From Lama guanicoe (Eukaryota): a DNA stretch of 64,000 nucleotides. Positions 23,803-37,294 of this stretch are shown here, one piece after another. The stretch's first letter is position 1; each line of letters opens with the position of its first letter. A model generated the notes under the pieces. It saw only the letters and a list, made by a program, of their open reading frames with translations, made no database searches and was not told the origin of the DNA. The position numbers and the translations under genes are program-made. The stretch is from positions 19,687,929-19,751,928 of the forward strand of contig MU054187.1 in assembly GCA_013239625.1 (NCBI GenBank), written 5' to 3'.

Positions 23803-26800
23803 CTTTGGTGGGATGGACACGGGCACAGGAGGGTGTTTAATTTTTTCCTTTACACAGCTTTTAAAAGTTACCCTTGTTAAAAGTAGGTAGTATCTGCAAT
23901 TTCAAAAACATTGAATAAGACTACAAAAAGGAAAAATGTTAAGGATAATCGCTAAACGAAGACTATAATCAATGGTTTCTAAGTCAGCAGAATAAAAAAA
24001 TGTAGAAAATTCAATCAGTACAAAAGATGACATGGAAGAGAAATAATCAAACATGTATAATAACAAAAAACATGAGATGGAAGAAATATGTTCAAATGCA
24101 TCAGTGATCATAATAAACAGAAATGGGTTCAACTCACCTATAAAAGAGAGATACTATCAAATGGGATTAAAAAAACAAAGTCCAGCTATCTGCTGCTTAT
24201 AAGAAACACCCTAAAACAAAACAACACAGAAAACTTGAAGATAGAGGGATAAAAAAAGACATAATAGTTAAGTATTCACCAAAAGAAAGCTAGTAAAACA
24301 ATATTATTATAATTCAAAATAGGATTTAAGGCAAAATTCATAAGAGATAACAATAAAGAAATTCAATGCACTGATAATATATAACTCAGCAAAACTGTTA
24401 CAATTACAAGAAAAAAACTGACAAAACTATAGTTACAGTGGGAGATTTCAGTATCATCTTTCAGAAACTGATAGATCAAGCAGACCCAAAATTAGTAAGC
24501 GTGCACACACACACATGTGCACACACACGCACAAGCACAGACTTTGCAAATGATAAAAGAAATAGGACAAAATATAAATCATTGGTACATTTGGGTAATT
24601 GATATGAAAAAGATTTTTGACTATTCTTGTAACTTTTCTGTGTTTGAAACTGTATCAAAGTAAAGTTTAAAAAAATTACAACCAAATAAGTAGGTTGGAA
24701 ATAAGTAAGTTCATTCACTGTGAGAAGCTGGGGCAAAAAAAAAATCTAAACAAAGTAGAAAAAAGGAAACAATAATATAAGAGCAAAGTTAGTGAAGCAG
24801 AAAGCAAGGAAATAATAGAGAGGTCAATAAAACCAAAACAGTTCTTTGAAAAAACTAAAATATAAATTAAAAAAATAAACACAAACCTCTAGCAAGACTA
24901 TCGCAAAGAAGAGTACAAATGAAAAATATTAAGAAAGATTTACTAAAGACACAGTAGAGATTTAGGAATGTAAGAGAATAACTGGAACAACTTTATAAGA
25001 ATAAACTGAAGAATCTACACTGAACAAAAATTAAGAAAAATATTATTTACCAAAATATATTTCAGAATAAATACATCATCCAAATAAAACAAGAACTATT
25101 TAACACACTGAAATAGTATTCAAAATTCTCCCCTCAAAAAAGGCAACAAGTCCAAAGATTATAACAACTATTGCCAAACTTCCAAGAACAAAGAATATCC
25201 ATTTCAAAGAACAAAAGAGGGAAAGCTACTCAACTAATTTTATAAGTATAATCTCGCTAACTAATAACAAGAAAAAACACAAAATAATGTATTAGTAAAT
25301 CGGTTTAGCAGTACATTTTAAAAGGATTATATACCAGAGTCAAGTAGTTTAGCCCAGAATATGTGGGTGATTCAACAACAGAAAAACTGATCGATGGAAT
25401 TTATCACAGTATAAGGAAAAAAAATTCAACATAATTATCATACCTGATGGAGGAAAAAAAACTTAGAGCAAAATTTAATACTCATTCTTGATACAAATTC
25501 CTAACAAATTAGAACTAGAAATACTGTTAACCCAATGAAGGTTACTATCAAGAAGCTTCAGCAAATACAAGATTTAATGAAGAAACTTTAGAATCTTTTG
25601 CATTAAAAGTCAGAAACATGATGAAGATGCCTGCAGTCACTCAGATTACTCAACACTGCTGTGGAGATTTAAGCCAATGCACCAACACAAATAATAATAA
25701 TGAGAAGGTAGAAGAGTAAGAGAAAAGAAAATTTGAAAAAAACACAAAAAACACAAAACCATCATTTACAGAAGATGTCACTACACAGAAAATATTCCAG
25801 AAAAATCTATAAACGATGGGAAACTGGACAGAAGGATATTATGCAACTACCAGCAATAACCAATTAGGAAAATGTTTTTTTTTTTAGGAAAATGTTAATT
25901 AAAAAAATTGTCATTTACAATGGCAGCAGATATTATGTACAGCCTAAGAAGAAGCCTAAGGAAAGATACATAAATATGTGTGGTAAGCATTACAGAATGT
26001 TACTTAAAGACATAAAAGAAGACCTAGATAAAAGTGGAGAGATAGACCACAGACATAAATGGGAAGACTAATATTTTAAAGATGTCAACTGTCTCGAGCT
26101 TAAAATTCAGCACAATTCCTATGAAAATCGCTATTTCACAGGACAAGACAAAATGATCCTAAAATTTTTACAGAAGAATAAATGACCAAGAATAGACAGA
26201 ATTGAAACCAAAGAATGAGGCAGACAGACTTGTCCTACTTCTTATAAAGCTATGATAGATAATTAAGACAGTTTGATATTGATGCAAAGAGAAATGAATG
26301 GACCAAAGGAACTGAACTGAGATCCTCAGACCCCAAAAGCACAGGACAACCTGGTGTGAGACAGAGGTGTCATTACAAGGATGAGCCCTTCAATATCTTA
26401 TGTTATGATAATAGGTAATCCACTAGGTGGTAAAGGAGAAAGAAATCTTGACCACTACTTACTTATAATTAAATTTGAGATGGAAATAAAGAGCAAAACA
26501 AAATGCAAAGCAAAATAAAACTTTTAAACTTTTAAAGGAAAATGTAAGAAAATAACTTATTTGTGAAATATTTTAAAGTATAATCTTTAGGAAATCATTA
26601 ATAAACTTCAGTGCATTAAAATTTTAAAAGTCTGGATCACTAAAAAGATCAAAACCAAAGTAAAGACAGAGAGAAGGTATGTGTGATACATTTAATCAAA
26701 AAAAAAAGATTAGAATTCAGAATATACAGACTCTTAAAACCTATAAAAAAGTTCCAAAACTTCCAACAGAAAAAAATGGGCAAAAGATATGAACAATCAA

Positions 26801-27725
26801 TTCACAAAAGAAAGTCAAATAGCCAGTAAATACATGCAAAGGAGCTGAGCCTCACTAATCACGGGGAGATTCAACTTTAAAACCTCAGTGAGGTATCATT
26901 TCACATCTACCAGACGGGTAACGATGAATAATACCCAGCGTTGGCCAGAAACACTGAAACTCTCAGACACGACAGGAAGGAGATACATCAGTACCACTAC
27001 TGGCAATAAAAAAAAGCAGCTGACAACATCCAGGACAGCGGAAGACGGGCAAACCCCATGATCCAGTTTTTCTATTTCTAGGAATGTTCCCGAGAGTAGC
27101 ATTTTTCAATCTGATGGGTCTCAATCCTTCAGGGGTTATAAAATCAACAATTAAAAACAACAGAATAAAACATATCAGTATATACATATACTTTTAAGGC
27201 TAAGTGTCACTTACTAAAACTGTATTAAGTAATGTATGTATATATATTCATGTGCTGGGTTCTTATATCAAATGTAGTTGATAATATGGAATTTTAATGA
27301 AACTGCTCTAGGGAAATGTTCCCACATGTACACAAGGATGTTCACTGTCAGTTTATAACAGCAAACAACTTGGGAAAGTATCTGAATTGTGTTCATTAAG
27401 AGAATAGATAAACTGCAATATATTTTTACTATGGAAAAATGTGAGCCAACAAAAAGAATGAAATAGACTAAAAATATCAACATGGATGTTAAAAAGAGAA
27501 AAGTGAAAAAAAAAAGTTGAAGAAGAATACATATGGTTCACTGCCACTTCTATAAGTTGGGAAAAATTCACAGAACTATGTATTTTTGTGCAGACTTACC
27601 CCATGGAATGTTAGGAATGATACGTATTAGGCTGAGGTTAGCTGTTACTTGATGGGAGAGCAGAGTAAAAAGGGGCTCCAATTCTATTTGGAAATTTTTT
27701 GTTTTTCAAAATCTCTAAGACCAAC

Positions 27726-27847
27726 CTGTGGCAATGATTTATCTCCATCCGCATGCATCTTTAATTTCATCAATGCCACCTTTGCAGCGGTTTCACTATT
27801 TTTTGCACCTTTCCGCCGTTTACTTGCTGTCTCTCCTGTCTTGGAAT
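27726..27847 (-). CDS. ZFAND1: ZFAND1 exon 6
   Basis: cttag|(D)SKTGETASKRRKGAKNSETAAKVALMKLKMHADGDKSLPQ|gttggt; 122 bp. Confidence 0.96.
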
Positions 27848-28603
27848 CTAAGAAATAAGTATAAGCAGATACACACATAAGAACTTTATTTTTCAGAGTT
27901 TTTTTATAAAACATGGCCCTAAACATACATGAACTACACATAATAGAGATACACAGAAACTGCACTCAGTTTGTAGGCATTATATTCACACGATCAATGG
28001 AAACATAGCATTGAGTGGCCCTACGCAATTTCCACACCAAAAAACTCATTGTTAGGTGCTTATTTCCAACTTAAACCTATTTAATCCAAAGCAATCACTT
28101 ACACTTCTACAGAGAACTTTAAGATTTGCTATAGGAGGTTTTAATAAAAGTACTATCCTTCATATACGGTGAAAATGTAGCTGAACTACCATGTTGGCAG
28201 AGAGACGGGTCTAAGTCATACATTCTTTCCTCATACCTCAGATTACCACCAGCATTCGTGGGACAGCTCACTAAGCTTAAGCTCTAGTCTCTGAAGAGTG
28301 TAAACTGCCACTTCAGCCCCATAAATACTATTTCCTGCCATGATGGTTAACCAGCTGGTATGTGATCCAGCAAAAGAGAACATTATTAGGGTATTTCCAT
28401 AGAATTTCCAAATTGTTATTGGCTAGGTAAGCCCTGTGAGAAATACTGCCACAAGAATGTCATCAAAACCAAAAGCAATTTTTAAGTGTCAGGACCATTA
28501 ACAATACCTTCCACAACGGGCAAGCTGCCACAAGGGGCAGGAGTTCTGGAACTCAGAGTACACAGCAGGGAGGAAAAACAGAACAAGCCTTCCAGATACT
28601 TGC

Positions 28604-28695
28604 CAATAATGTCTTTCACAAGTTTCTGAGTGGCAGCCATGTGAGGCTTAGGGATTTCCAGTTTTTCACATTCATGATCTGACTGATGACGGTGT
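28604..28695 (-). CDS. ZFAND1: ZFAND1 exon 5
   Basis: cacag|HRHQSDHECEKLEIPKPHMAATQKLVKDII|gcaagt (GC donor); 92 bp keeps frame with exon 6. Confidence 0.93.
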
Positions 28696-28776
28696 CTGTG
28701 GGCAACGGAAGAGTGACATTAGTTCATGTATTTGCATATGACTTAAACAGACAGCTTGAATGATTTCATTGATCAC

Positions 28777-28904
28777 CTCAGGCAAAAATTCTTCTCACAA
28801 AAAGGACACACCACTGGCACGAGCTCTCTTCCAGCACAGTCCCTGAAGGAGCATGGGTAAGATGTGTGTGTATCTGACTTCAGTCTCTCATTGATTACAG
28901 TCAC
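28777..28904 (-). CDS. ZFAND1: ZFAND1 exon 4
   Basis: ttcag|VTVINERLKSDTHTSYPCSFRDCAGRELVPVVCPFCEKNFCL|gtgatc; 128 bp; second AN1 finger. Confidence 0.95.
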
Positions 28905-29493
28905 CTGAAAACGTAAAAAGGGGGACACGGCTCTGTATATCACGTTTAAAGCAACTCAACAAATCTATTCTGAATATTCATAACGTTGCTTAAACTTATG
29001 AGTTACTTACACATTCCTACACAGATTATAATAAATGTTTGTGTGAGAAATGACCACTGTGCTGACTGCTCTACATTTTCATAATTTTCCTGCTGTGGTG
29101 TATTTATCTTCTAAGTCAAGTTAAAATGACTGTTCAGTTACTCTTCATAATTTTAGTCTTCTACTTTGGAATGTACTGCACAAAGATGCCCCCATAATCA
29201 TATGCCTAGGTAACCAGCTCATCACCCCTTCAAATGACAAGTCATATCTACTCTCTACACTAATCTTAGAGGCTTAAATATATGTAAAAGAATACTTAAA
29301 ATTATGTTTATCCATGATACAGAAGGTTAAAGACAGTTTTCACAATGATATACTATTCTTCATTCTGTATTTAATATTGTATTATCAGCAAATATTACAT
29401 CAGAGGAAAAAGAGATTTTATACGATTAAAAAAAATCCAGATTACTCAGGCTATGGAGTATTAAGTAAGTAGGTTTCTAGAGTTGAATAAACT

Positions 29494-29698
29494 CAGTTGA
29501 TCCTTGAACAACTCAGAGGTTGGGGTACAAATCTTCCATGCAGTTGAAATATAACTTCACAGTCAGCCCTTTACAGCCACAGTTCCATATCTGCAGATTT
29601 AATGCATGGCATAGTACTGGAGTACATATTTGGTGAAAAAAAATTCACATATAAGTGGACCCACACAGTTCAAAGCCATGTTGTTCAAGAGTCAACTG
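29494..29698. mobile_element. Tigger-family MITE (MER8/Tigger2a-like)
   Basis: Terminal inverted repeats cagttgatccttgaacaac / gttgttcaagagtcaactg followed by TA. Confidence 0.8.
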
Positions 29699-30956
29699 TA
29701 ATTGCTTGAAATCTATAACCAAAGGGCATTCCTCTATATAAGTGATAGTTACATCTTGTTGGAATTAACTTCTTAACTATTTTTCTAAATTTGTTCCAAT
29801 GGTCTAAAGGTAGATGATTTTCATTTCACTTCTTAATTAAGAAGATCTAATTGAGAAACATTCTATGAGAGACATTCACAAAAAATCAAATGATATCATA
29901 AGAAAAAGGAAAGCACAGGGAAGATTTACCAGCTGTGTAAGAAACACCAATATGTTTATTATGTATTTCTTTCCAATTAATCCTGCATAATATGTTCATC
30001 TTTATTTCCCGCAAATAAATCACCTAAACTTCAAAGGGTCAGATTTTGACTGAAGCTCATTTAACCTTAATTTTCTATAGCTGAGAGAACGGACATAAAA
30101 AATCCTTGGTACAGTGTCTGATAAATTGGGAACAGGAATAAATATCAACTGAAAAACATGAGGCAAATGCTTCTTTTCAAATGGAGTGAATTTATTTATT
30201 TATCCTGCTGATCTCTGACCCCAGGGAGGTGGAGCAACTTCTCTGAGAACAAATTTGAAAAAATCCCATTAGGCACAGTGGGCTCAGCTTTCCCTTTTTC
30301 TTCTCTTGGAACTGAATGAACTGCCCTCAGAGAGGAAGCTAAACTGGTGCAGCACTGCTGTGACTGGCGAACAGTTCAGGATTTCCTTTGCAGACCCACT
30401 TACTTGGCTCTACACTAAGCTTCTTCACTTTGTTGACCCTTTATCAGCAGTAAAGATGACGTTTTGGCTTCTCTCCAACAGCCCTTTTTAATCTCTTGAT
30501 TTGGTCAGAATTAAGGTGAGGATTTTGTTGGACTACAGATTTGTTCCTGGGGATCTAGGGCTAGCTGAGTCAGAACAATTTATTACCACAGAATCCTAAC
30601 ACCAGGTACCAGTGAAAATGAACACAACAGTGAAGCAAAATTGGAAGGAGCAGATGACCAGGATGCTAATTTCATGATACATTTACAAATACAGAGCCTC
30701 AAGCTCTAAGTCGGCTACTTAAATAGAACTGAACTATAAAGGAATAAGAATGATAAGAATAACAATTTATAAATATAAGTAGACCTATTTATCTTGAAAA
30801 CAAACTGAGAAAAACAATATAAAGTAAGATCCTCTATACATAATCAGTTTAGTATGCTCTATTTTACTCTGTGGTACACTGGTTTTAAATTGAATCAAAT
30901 TCTGAGCAAAAAGACATAAATATAAACATGTTTTATCAGAAGAACTATTGACATAC

Positions 30957-30996
30957 CTCAGGACAGCCATGTGACTCCCTGCTCCTGTGTTCAAGG
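30957..30996 (-). CDS. ZFAND1: ZFAND1 exon 3
   Basis: ttaag|LEHRSRESHGCPE|gtatgt; 40 bp. Confidence 0.94.
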
Positions 30997-31904
30997 CTTA
31001 AATAATTTTAAAACAGTGTTTATTTAAAAGCAATCAAATAATAAACTTAAAATAATTGAAGTAATTTGAGATATTTTAATGGTTAGTATTCTTAAGAGTA
31101 ATTATACTCACGCTACAGTAACAACTCTGCGTGTAAGAATAAATTGAAATGATATATGAGAGAGCATCAATAGTCTCAAGTTTTAAAACCCAATTATTTA
31201 ACTTCAATATGAGTAAAAACAATTCACCACTCTCAGTTACCTTTACTTTGAGTGCTTGAAGGTGTGTAAAAATACAAAGAATCTTTTGATTTCTTTTATT
31301 TCTCGAAAATAATCAGTACTAAAATGTCAAAGGGGTGCTCTACTTCTCAATGATTTTAAAATATGCACTATTTTTATTTATTTCTAATAAACCTTTCTGA
31401 ACCACCTCCTGAAAAGAATTTATTCTTTCAGTGCTTTATTTAATAAATTAACTGCCTGATACTTGAAAGTTTACTTGAAAATACATTTTCCAAAGTTCTT
31501 GTTTGGTCCTAGGTTTTACTTTGCATGTGATTTATCTGCAAAAGACATGTGATATCCAATTTAAGAAATGTATAGGTTGGGAAAACTGGATTTTTTTTTT
31601 TACCATATTCTTTATATTGTGGATATGTTCTCTCCTTGTGATTAAAAGACATAAATACAACTTTTATATAAAAATCACACACATAATCCCATTTCTGGAA
31701 GTTTAAAGACGAACCACATATGTGCACAAGTAATCAGAGCCTATGACTAGTCTCTTTGGTTTTTTCCCCCCCAAATGATTACTGTAACAAATATCGAGTA
31801 TCAATGACTAAAGTAAAAACCATTTAAAAATCATTCTATTTTTCAGAAATAAATCTCATAAACACTAAAATTAATCCCAAATTCTGTATAAAAACTTAAC
31901 TTAC

Positions 31905-31947
31905 CAAAATATTCTTGAACAACCATCACATACAAATGGAAGAAAAT
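31905..31947 (-). CDS. ZFAND1: ZFAND1 exon 2
   Basis: tttag|(D)FLPFVCDGCSRIF(C)|gtaagt; 43 bp. Confidence 0.94.
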
Positions 31948-32929
31948 CTAAAATTGAGGGAAAATGTTATATGTTCTGGTCAGTATCTGATTCTGATACA
32001 GTTTCCTTACGTAAAAAGAATCTTAAAAGTACTGAACCATGTCTATAGGAGAACTTTCCCTTTTGAACAATATCCTAGTGTAGCCAGCCGTGGTTAAAAC
32101 AAAAGCCATCACAATCTCAAACACTCTGAAAGTAACTAGATTATCAGGAGATAGACGTTACTTGTAGCAGGATGCTAAAAAAAAAAAAAAAAAAAGTAGT
32201 CCTGTAGGGGTTTTGCTTGTTTGTTTGTTTCCTATATTTACTAGGTGTTGTATCTCAAGGCTGTATATTGCAATAATTCTGCATTTGAAGGGACAATCCT
32301 GGGTTTCAATTTTGCTTCCCTTGTTTACTAATTTAGCAATGCTAGGCAAGTTACTTAACAGTAGAGCTTTGTAGACAGATAGATAGATAGATACACACAC
32401 ATATACATAATATATACATACACACACACATACACACACATTCTAGTGCTTCCGGAACCTGCCTGTTCCAGATGTTCCTAAGACCTGTGCCACACGACGA
32501 TGGCAATTAGACTGCGTTACGTGTATCACAAGGTCTCTCGTGCAGCGGAGAGAGAACATCACCTTACTGATGGTCTAAAATGCAGTTAACTATCCTGTAA
32601 GCTTTTCTGTGGAAAAAGCTTTATTTTATATACTTTTATGGCCCCAGCATCACAAGAGGCGCCCAATAAATGTTCGCTGAATCGTTGATAATCAGAATCA
32701 AAGGATGACAGGGCTGAGTGAGCCTAATGATCCAACTGGAGGAAAAGCTAAGGGCCTTCTCGCTAGAAGCTCCTCTCCTGAGCAGCCCGCGAAAACCAGG
32801 TTAAAAACTGATCTCACCCAACTCCGTAACAGCTAAGTAACAGCTAAGGAAACAAAAAGTTTGGTAAAGACAAGTGGCTTGCCCAAGGTCGCAGTGGCAG
32901 GACCAGAGGGGAACTCTCCCGACTCCCAG

Positions 32930-33550
32930 ACCAAAGCGTCCTCCCTCCCCGCGCTGATCAGAAAGGAGTGAGCGAGTTCTTGGCAAGGAGCCCTCGAAAA
33001 CCAAAGTTAACACTGCAAGGTATGTTTTCAGGAAACGCATGTCCCTTTCAAGGAGACCATAAGCCTCTTGCAAAGCCTCAAGGGCAACAAAAAAAAGCAC
33101 CAATACAGCCCACTGTCTAGCCACGAGGGACACGCCCGCCCCGCCTCCTCGCACTCCGCCTCGCCCCAAGGCCTTCCCTCTTCGCGCTACCGTGGAGGCA
33201 GAGCGAGACCCGGGTCTCCCGCGGCGCGGGCTAAGGGCCCCGGCGTCACCTCGCTGCCGGCAGTGCTCCACCTGGCAGTGCTGCCCAATGTCCAACTCCG
33301 CCATCTCTCTGCGCCTCGAGCGGCCGGAGGGCGGGGCCGGAGGGCGGGGGCGAGGACGCGCGCGACGCCTGCCGGAAGTGGGGCGGAGCCGGGGCGGGGC
33401 CTGCAGGTGGAGGCGGGGCGCGGGCTGAAAGCGGTCTGGCTGCTTTGCGAGTAGGGAGCGCTGAATAGGCGCGATCTGGCCGCGTGGTGAGGCTGCCGGA
33501 AGAAAGGGCTGTTGGTTTGTTCTTTTTTCGTCCCGGGCAGAAATGCTGTT
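32930..33550 (-). promoter_or_regulatory. ZFAND1: CpG-island promoter of ZFAND1
   Basis: CpG-dense; CCGGAAGT ETS motif at ~33372 and several GGGGCGGGG boxes. Confidence 0.85.
33250..33304 (-). CDS. ZFAND1: ZFAND1 exon 1 coding part
   Basis: MAELDIGQHCQVEHCRQR|gtgacg; 55 bp; exons sum to 807 nt = 268 aa + stop. Confidence 0.96.
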
Positions 33551-34499
33551 GCTCAGTCTTTAGGAAAATACCCAACTGCCTTTCTGGAAGATTGAGTGCT
33601 TAGGATCCCTCTGTGCCGCAAACGGAATCCTGACGGCCTCACAAGGATTTTTTTTTTTAATTAATGTAACTCCATAATTCTAGGAAACAACACAGTTTGG
33701 CACAAGTATTGGCAAGAATCAAGTGAAGGAGAACGACACTGGTTCAATTCCTGACTCGTCCTACACCAGTGTTACTTGATTGTCTAGTTTAAAGTAAATG
33801 CTCCTTGCAAGGCGGTCAGGCTTTTTTAAAAGTAAAGATTTCTTTCTTTCTTTTCTTTTTTAATTCTGGTAGGAAAAAAAGTCTCTAGCTCTTGAGGTCG
33901 CGAGTCTGTTCTGAGCCACATAGGGTTCCTCCGTTCCGAAAACCCTGACTCATTTAAAACACTATTTGAGGTGATTCCACTGGGATGTAGGGAGTTTCAC
34001 GTGCTTGATGAGCCACTTCAAAGGTACTGAGAAAGGAGAGGCTATTCTAGGTGGTGTGCAAATGGATGCCATTCCACTAATGTGACACCAGACATGACTC
34101 AGAGTGGATGAGAGATGATCAAAGCTGTGCTAATGATAGGAACTGTAACAGTATCCAGTGCCCTCTGTATAACTTTGACTATTTCCAAATCAGTATTCAC
34201 TGAGAAAAGGGGAAAAGTGGGATTGGGAAACAGGTATCATTACTTCAAGATTTGCTCCTGAATAAATCTGTTTAAAAATTTCATCTCAGACTTTTCTTGT
34301 GTCTCTGGAGAAACTTTAGATTTGAGAGCTGGAAGTAAAGATATCTCACTATATCCTAGCCTCTTTGTCTCTCTCTCTCTCTCTCTCTTTTTAAGATAAG
34401 AAAACCGGTTCATAGAAGTCAAATGATTTGCCCGAATAGTGGAATAGCCAGGACTAAAATCCAATTATCAAAGACTTCTGGTATTCTTGAATTTAAGAA

Positions 34500-34720
34500 T
34501 CAATGGCTTCAGTATGGAGGTTCCTTAAAAGTCTAAAAACAGAGTTGCATATAATCCAGCAATCCCACTCTTGGGCATACATCTGGAAAGACAAAAGCTC
34601 TAATTTGGAAAGATACATGAATCCCAACTTCACAGCAGCACTATTTATAATAGCCAACACAGGGAAATAGCTTACGTGTCCATCCACAGGAATGGTTAAA
34701 GAAGACGTATATATGCACAA
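34500..34720 (+). mobile_element. L1 3' fragment
   Basis: cagtatggaggttccttaaaa...atccagcaatcccactcttgggcatacatc. Confidence 0.7.
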
Positions 34721-35184
34721 TGCAACGTTTTCCTTTGGATCAGCCTGCCTCCCGTTCTTGGAGGTGTACTTTTCCTTTTCTAAATAAATCTTTTAAATCT
34801 TTCACTACACAGCACACTGTCTCCTGACTGTAAACTTAACTTTCAGGGGTCTTTACCTTTTGGAGTAACATACATACTATTATTATCCCCATTTCGCAGG
34901 ATGGCTGATAAAAATTACTTAGCCCCTACATCCCTGTCCCCAGTATTGAAAATCACTCTCCTTCCCCATCTCCCCACTGATCTCTTAAATAATTGTACTT
35001 ACCAGCTGTCCTCCTGCTCAGGCTCGTGGATCAGCCTCTTAGTTGGGATGTTTTCTCCTCTTTCCTCAAACTTACTTGGTTTCCTCCACCTCATCTTTCT
35101 GCTCTCAAAAGAGGTTCTAGGACCTGCCCCAGATCTGGATCAGATCCTTTGTTATATGTACTGGTTTCCTATTGTTGGTATAAC

Positions 35185-35805
35185 TGAAGGAGAAATAATA
35201 AAATGGCCATGCTTAGGCTAGCTAATTCCTGGCCTCATATTTGCCATTTGCTTTCAAAACGGTCAGCAAATCTAACTGACCTGACACTGCCCCCAGCCCC
35301 AGGCCCATTGTTGCAATTGGAGTTAGAGTTAGTAATTTTCCTGTTTGCTTTACCTCACGCTGCCAACCGAAATTTACAATCCTGTTTGGATTCTGAGTCA
35401 TTCCCCTAGGAAGGCAGTCACCAGATGACAACCTCAGGAGAATGACCAGACCCTCTGAAGTCCCTCCCGGCACATAATAAGTTTGCTCAGATAAAGAAGG
35501 TCGTGGGCTGATGACCCTCCAGACCACCGGATGGTCCCATGATGCCAGACAGACTCACCAAGATTTAGGAAGAAGCTTCACCAGCGACCCTTGCTGATTG
35601 ATATCCCGTCTTACTCCCCAGTTTGTTCACTATATAATCACTGAGCCCCAACCCTAAGACGGGTTCACAGTTTTGAAGGCACTAGCCCGCTGTGAGTCCC
35701 CTTTGCCTGGCAAAGTAATAAAGCTGCCTCTATTCTTCTAAACTCTAAGACCCTGCCTCTCTGTTACTTGGCTTGTCAGGGACAGGAGCCGATCTTTCGG
35801 CAACA
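35185..35805 (+). mobile_element. Solo ERV1-class LTR (621 bp)
   Basis: TG...CA termini, perfect 4-bp TSD taac (35181-35184 / 35806-35809), TATATAA 35631-35637, AATAAA 35717-35722. Confidence 0.8.
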
Positions 35806-35809
35806 TAAC

Positions 35810-36305
35810 CAAGCTCCACAAATAGCATGACTTAACACGAAACAACACAAATTTATCATCTTACAGTCCTGGAGGTCAGAAGTCCTAAAACCAATGTGTT
35901 GGTATGGCTGTGTTCCTTCTGCAGGCTCTCGGGGAGAATCCAATTCTCCCGTTGTCTTTTTCGGCTTCTAGAGGCTGCCTGCATTCCTTGGCTCACAATT
36001 CCTTCCTCCATTCTCAGGGCCAGCAATGTGTCCTCCTCAAATATCTCTCTTCTCCCATCCTTCTCCACTCCCCACCTTTCTACAAATCTCCTTCTCTTGC
36101 TCTGACCCCTCTGGCCTCCCTCTTTTAAGGACCATTGTGATTACATTGGCCCCTCCTGGACATTTCGGGATACCCTCATCATGTCAAGATCCTTAACTTA
36201 ATGACAACTTCAAAGTCCCTTTAGCCACGCAAGGTGACATAGTTCCAGGATTCAGGGATTAAGACATGGACAACTTGGGGGGGTGCATTATTTTATCTAC
36301 CCCAA
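35810..36305 (-). mobile_element. MLT1 LTR (its first ~28 bp lie left of the nested solo LTR at ~35157-35184)
   Basis: aaacaacacaaatttatcatcttacagtcctggaggtcagaagtcc...gggattaagacatggaca. Confidence 0.8.
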
Positions 36306-37294
36306 TATACATTCTCGCGTTTCCTAGAATTGTTCAGTGCTTGACACATGGTAAGGTCTCAAAAACTATCTGTCCACCAAATCAATGAATGAACAAGTCA
36401 GCCTTGACATTTAGCTGCCCCATGCTGTTCTTAATCAGCATGAATGAAAATAGAATCTTCAGAACAAGGAACATAAACATGCTAGCCTGATTCACTGCTT
36501 GACTGATCCAGAACACCTGGAATACCGTTCTTGGTTCTGAGTACCACACTTCAAGAGTGAAAGAGGCAAACAGGGTCATCTTTAAAGGAAGGCAACAGGA
36601 TGGTGATGAATGGAAAACAGTGTTATGTGAAACTCAGTGCCTTTATAAAACGTTTAATCAGTAGAGTTGAGGAAGGGTGTGAACAAAGAAAAACTCATCA
36701 TCAAGACTGGCACCCCCAGTGTGTGTGTGTGTGTGTGTTGAAATGCATCATCTTTTTTAGCAACAGTTTGCCCCAAAAGGAATTTTCACAGGTAAGCTAT
36801 TCTTTAGAGAGTTAATTTTAGTTGTCGTGAGAAACATACATAAAATTATTCTGAAATGATGATGGCTTCAATTGTGTTCTGGCACAAACTGGGTATTCAC
36901 ATCTCATTAATTAACCAGAGGTTTTTTTGTTTTTTGGTAGGAAATAATAGTTACTACGAACTCTACTCCTTGAAATTCTCACCAATGAAAGGAATCAAAT
37001 ATTTTAAAATATGAACTAGTTTCTAGAGAAGGTGATCCCCTTTTAATATGAGAAGGTGATCCCCTCCTGCTCAAGTGCTGGGTGCAACAATGTCCAAAGT
37101 GTTTTCCTTTGCCTCAATTAAGATGCCCAGAGATTTTGTGAGAATCTTTGCACCCTGGTGTCAGATTTAAAGCCTAGAAGTACCGGTGTCTCTTCTGTAT
37201 CAGAATGATGATAAAAATTACAATGCCTCTGCCACTATTTTCATATTTTATACCATCATTTGAATATTTAATCCTTTATGTTGTATTTCTTCAT

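Larger units (their letters stand above)
19550..27580 (+). mobile_element. Heavily decayed old L1 (L1M-type) filling ZFAND1 intron 6, with nested younger elements
   Basis: A-rich plus strand with L1 ORF1/ORF2/3' motifs (e.g. aaaaaaatgggcaaaagatatgaacaatcaattcac); no intact ORF; probably several fragments. Confidence 0.65.

Noticed and set aside
37026..37065. 16-bp direct repeat gagaaggtgatcccct with 8-bp spacer
   Set aside because: Most likely a small neutral tandem duplication; no further structure
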